A DNA stretch of 64,000 nucleotides from contig JAVJQW010000070.1 in the NCBI GenBank assembly GCA_040218735.1, forward strand, positions 352,001-416,000, given 5' to 3'. Positions 62,360 through 64,000 of the stretch are shown piece after piece (the first letter of the stretch is position 1; each line of letters begins with the position of its first letter). The DNA comes from Deltaproteobacteria bacterium (GTDB lineage: Bacteria; Myxococcota; Kuafuiibacteriia; Kuafuiibacteriales; Kuafuiibacteriaceae). The notes under the pieces are model-generated. The model did no database searches. It saw only the letters and a list, made by a program, of their open reading frames with translations, and was not told the origin of the DNA. Made by a program: the position numbers and the translations under genes.

Positions 62360-62414
62360 CGTTCCTCAGCGCCGAGCCTGCAAACCCCGCTCGGGGCCCG
62401 GCAACGGCCCTTCC

Positions 62415-62443
62415 CGCCTATGCGGTACAAAATGTGAAGTCAA
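62415..62443 (-). promoter_or_regulatory. sigma70-type promoter candidate TTGACT-N17-TAGGCG
   Basis: AT-rich intergenic segment upstream of the DUF507 gene. Confidence 0.4.
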
Positions 62444-62448
62444 CACAA

Positions 62449-64000
62449 TCAGTCGGGCTCGGCCACTTCGGGATGAAGCGCACGGAACAGCGCCTTCGCC
62501 GCCTTCTCGCCGATTCCCGGCACGGCGGACAGCTCGGCCACCGAAGCGCCCTTCACGCGGGCCAGGCTCCCCAGGTGCGCCAGCAGCGCGCGTTTGCGCG
62601 CGGGCCCGATCCCCTTGATGTCGTCCAGCGAAGACTTCAGACGCGACTTCTGCCGCAGGTTTCGCTGGTAGGTGATCGCAAATCGGTGCGCCTCGTCCCG
62701 GATCCGCGCCAGGAGCAGCAGCTCCGGGGAGCGCTGCGACAGCACGATGGGATCCTTCGCCCCCAACGTGAAGACACGCTCCGCGGATCGGACCGGCGCC
62801 TCGTCCCGATCGATCCCCTCGACCCGGCTCTTCGCGAGCGAGATGAGATCCACCCCCTCCACGTCGAGATCCTTGAGCGCCGCGTTCGCCGACGCGAGCT
62901 GCCCCTTGCCGCCGTCGACCACGATGAGGTCCGGCAGATCCCGCTCGTGCTGCCCGCGCGCGAGGCGCCGCATCAGAACCTCGTACATCGACGCGAAGTC
63001 GTCCTGCCGCTCCGTCGACTTGATCCGGTACCGGCGATAGAGGCTCTTGTTCGGGAGCGCCCCCACGAACACCACGCGCGACGCGACGATCCCCTCCCCC
63101 TGGAAGTTCGAGATGTCGTAACACTCGATCCGCGCCGGCAACCGCCCGAGGCGCAGCTTCTTCCGCAGGCCGGTGAGCGTCCGCTCCAGTGCGCCGTTCT
63201 TGCGCCGCTGCTCGTGAAACCCGTGCTCCGCGTTCTCGGCCGCGAGCGCGACCAGCTGCACACGATCCCCGCGCTGCGGGTGCCAGACCCGGACCTTCTT
63301 GCCCCGCTTCTCGCTGAGGAGCTCCGCGAGGACTTCGCCGCCCTCCAACGGGATCGGCGTGAGCACCTCGTCCGGGACGACGACCTCCGCTTCGTAGCGG
63401 AGGAGGATCGTCTGCTCCAGCAGGTCGAGGTCGTTCGCGGAGGTCTGCTCGAAGAGGTTCGTCGAGATGTTCTGCGCGCGCCCGCCGCGCACCTCGACGA
63501 TCGCGACGCCGACGTCGTCCCCCTCGCGGTACAGGCCGAACACGTCCTGGTCGATCAGCGAGGCCGCCGCGACGTTCTGCTTCGCGAGGGTCTTCTGCAC
63601 CGCGCGCAGCTGGTCGCGGTAGTGCGCCGCGACCTCGTAGTCGGTGCGCTCCGCGGCTTCCCACATGCGCTGCTCGAGGCGACGCGCGAGCTGGTCGCCC
63701 TTGCCGTCGAGGAACATCAACACGTCGTCGACGTTCTCCTTGTACGCGTCGCGATCGATCTCGAAGACACACGGCGCCGGGCACCGACCGATCTGGTACT
63801 CCAGGCACGGGCGCGTGCGGTTGTAGAGCACCGAGTCGCGGCAGGTGCGGAGCTGGAAGTGCCGGTTCACGACGCGCAGCGTCTGCCGCGCCGCGGACGC
63901 GGAGTGGTAGGGGCCGAAGTACTTGGCGTCGTCCTTCTTCACGTTCCGGACGACCTGCACCCAGGGGTACTCGTGGTTCGGATCCACGCGCAGGCAGAGG
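62449..64000 (-). CDS. uvrC: Excinuclease ABC subunit C (5' end outside the window)
   Basis: YFGPY, RPCLEYQIGRCPAPC, UVR domain, RIECYDISN, VDGGKGQ, RDEAHRFA, HhH motifs. Confidence 0.96.
   Translation of the reverse strand, partial: LCLRVDPNHEYPWVQVVRNVKKDDAKYFGPYHSASAARQTLRVVNRHFQLRTCRDSVLYNRTRPCLEYQIGRCPAPCVFEIDRDAYKENVDDVLMFLDGKGDQLARRLEQRMWEAAERTDYEVAAHYRDQLRAVQKTLAKQNVAAASLIDQDVFGLYREGDDVGVAIVEVRGGRAQNISTNLFEQTSANDLDLLEQTILLRYEAEVVVPDEVLTPIPLEGGEVLAELLSEKRGKKVRVWHPQRGDRVQLVALAAENAEHGFHEQRRKNGALERTLTGLRKKLRLGRLPARIECYDISNFQGEGIVASRVVFVGALPNKSLYRRYRIKSTERQDDFASMYEVLMRRLARGQHERDLPDLIVVDGGKGQLASANAALKDLDVEGVDLISLAKSRVEGIDRDEAPVRSAERVFTLGAKDPIVLSQRSPELLLLARIRDEAHRFAITYQRNLRQKSRLKSSLDDIKGIGPARKRALLAHLGSLARVKGASVAELSAVPGIGEKAAKALFRALHPEVAEPD

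Overview
High-GC bacterial chromosomal window, most consistent with a Myxococcota (deltaproteobacterial) genome: it carries a RomR-like regulator, a stand-alone MshEN protein, Hanks-type kinases, PEGA proteins and many Cys-rich lipoproteins. About 55 densely packed CDSs are present, with housekeeping genes (leuS, purA, hisZ, gltX, uvrC, lgt, RlmN-family, comEC, hutI, ybaK) scattered among accessory genes, plus a tRNA-Arg(UCG). The best candidate for an undescribed system is a 2.7 kb module at 18360-21064. It has a perfect 22-bp palindrome abutting a sigma70-type promoter, a probably leaderless FAD-oxidoreductase gene that is now internally deleted and frameshifted, and a translationally coupled XRE-HTH-NACHT NTPase fusion. 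Other notable items: two tandem ~1300-aa Kelch-propeller lipoprotein paralogs sharing a near-identical 233-bp 3' block; an orphan Gly-rich gene behind a sigma28-like promoter; a composite repeat element with 34-bp inverted repeats; a type III PKS/flavoprotein pair; a eukaryote-like neutral sphingomyelinase; and many -10 boxes 6-9 nt from start codons, suggesting leaderless transcription. All annotations come from motif recognition by eye; no database searches were run.
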